A DNA stretch of 61,127 bases, counting the filler. It is 7 parts of 7 records of this genome, joined end to end, with 100 filler letters (N's around TTAATTAATTAA, not from the genome) between each part and the next. Parts side by side here need not be neighbours in the genome. Positions count along the whole stretch, not along the records: positions 55,069 to 61,127 come from SRR31156797_46612; 6 more parts are not named here. One strand, 5' to 3'. Within the stretch, counting starts at the first letter, position 1, and each line of letters begins with the position of its first letter. Below the pieces are notes generated by a model. It had not been told where the DNA came from and did no database searches. It was given only the letters and a program-made list of their open reading frames with translations. Of this stretch, positions 60,084-61,127 are shown piece after piece. A program made the position numbers and the translations under genes.

Positions 60084-60322
60084 GTCGTCATTTGAAGGCA
60101 ATACTGTTTTTAAATATAATTATTGAAGTACATGCATATTACTGCTGTCTATTTTACGTACGCCCGGATATGATCAAGGTGTATATAAACGCTCACCAGA
60201 AACTACATAAAAGAACATGATATATATTCTACAATTTCATCTAGCACGAATGCTAGATGCTTCTCTATTATAATAATCAATCATGCTATACCACATTATT
60301 ATGAATTTCCCGGAGGATTCCC

Positions 60323-61127
60323 ATGAAAGTAAAAATAACTGAAACTATTCTTCGAGATGCGCATCAATCCCTCATTGCCACCAGAATGCGCACGCGCAAC
60401 ATGCTACCGATCGTTGATAAGCTTGACGAAGTTGGATACTACTCACTTGAAATGTGGGGAGGAGCAACATTTGACAGCTCAATCAGATACCTCAACGAAG
60501 ACCCCTGGGAGAGGCTTAGAGAACTTAAGAAACACATGAAGGAAACACCTGCCCAGATGCTGCTCAGAGGCCAGAACCTGGTAGGATACAGGCATTATTC
60601 CGATGATGTTGTTGAGAAGTTCGTAAAGAAAGCCCATGAAAACGGAATAGATATCTTCAGGGTCTTTGATGCCGTCAACGATGTACGCAATATGGAAAAA
60701 GCAATTACCGTTGCTAAAAAGGAAGGAGCTCATGTACAGGGTACAATTGCCTATACCATCAGCCCTGTTCATACCATCGAAAAGTATGTCGAGCTTGGAA
60801 ACAGTCTTGCTGAACTTGAATGTGATTCAATCTGTATCAAAGATATGGCAGGTCTTATTTCCCCTCAGCAGGCATATGATCTTGTAAAGGCGCTTAAGGC
60901 AGAGGTAAATCTCCCTGTGGACCTTCACGCACACTGTACATCAGGTATGGCACCAATGAGCTATACTGCAGCATGCAGGGCAGGCGTTGATATACTTGAC
61001 ACAGCACTTTCTCCATTTGCATGGGGAACATCACAACCACCAACAGAATCAATTGTGGCTGCACTTGCAGAGACAAAGCGTGCTACAGGACTTGACCTTG
61101 AACTGATATCTGAAATATCACAGTACT
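60323..61127 (+). CDS. pycB: Pyruvate carboxylase subunit B / oxaloacetate decarboxylase alpha family (runs off window; absent from ORF track)
   Basis: Manual translation MKVKITETILRDAHQSLIATRMR..EMWGGATFD..QMLLRGQN..CIKDMAG..HAHCTSG; GGAGG RBS. Confidence 0.92.
   Translation, partial: MKVKITETILRDAHQSLIATRMRTRNMLPIVDKLDEVGYYSLEMWGGATFDSSIRYLNEDPWERLRELKKHMKETPAQMLLRGQNLVGYRHYSDDVVEKFVKKAHENGIDIFRVFDAVNDVRNMEKAITVAKKEGAHVQGTIAYTISPVHTIEKYVELGNSLAELECDSICIKDMAGLISPQQAYDLVKALKAEVNLPVDLHAHCTSGMAPMSYTAACRAGVDILDTALSPFAWGTSQPPTESIVAALAETKRATGLDLELISEISQY

Overview
The window is not one locus. It is seven unrelated contigs joined by 100-nt N-spacers carrying TTAATTAATTAA, so gene neighbourhoods are valid only within a segment. 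Taxonomic labels below are inferred from gene content and signals. (1) 1-11362, Desulfovibrionaceae-like: ilvD, solute-binding protein, aminotransferase, PAS kinase plus sigma54 activator upstream of a Tat-signal FeS protein and an AOR-family oxidoreductase, sppA. (2) 11463-16601, Bacteroidota-like: HAD, hrpB, GNAT, TauE, xth. (3) 16702-27845, Clostridia-like: pgeF, nrdR, four tandem paralogous membrane proteins, tag, rbfA-DHH-truB-ribF, FHA-SEDS-PBP, SRP RNA. (4) 27946-33099, Desulfovibrionaceae-like: ftsEX, lipoprotein, aminotransferase, pgi. (5) 33200-48149, GC-rich Alphaproteobacteria-like: cysS, degenerate gltX, nadE, pncB, DAHP synthase II, gor, gabD, TetR, puuE, NCS1. (6) 48250-54968, spirochaete-like: fabG/F/Z/K, queuosine precursor transporter, LPP20-like lipoproteins. 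(7) 55069-61127, methanogenic archaeon-like: soluble HAMP/PAS chemoreceptor, HTH-PAS regulator, pycB. Strongest leads: an intact GluRS paralogue lacking both class I motifs; a SEDS operon whose PBP and FHA partners both look like pseudo-proteins; an array of four diverged multi-TM paralogues with conserved intramembrane charges; an orphan sigma54 promoter that appears to drive a ~55-nt sRNA; and a sigma54-controlled, probably Tat-exported AOR. No CRISPR array, rRNA, tRNA or transposase was seen.
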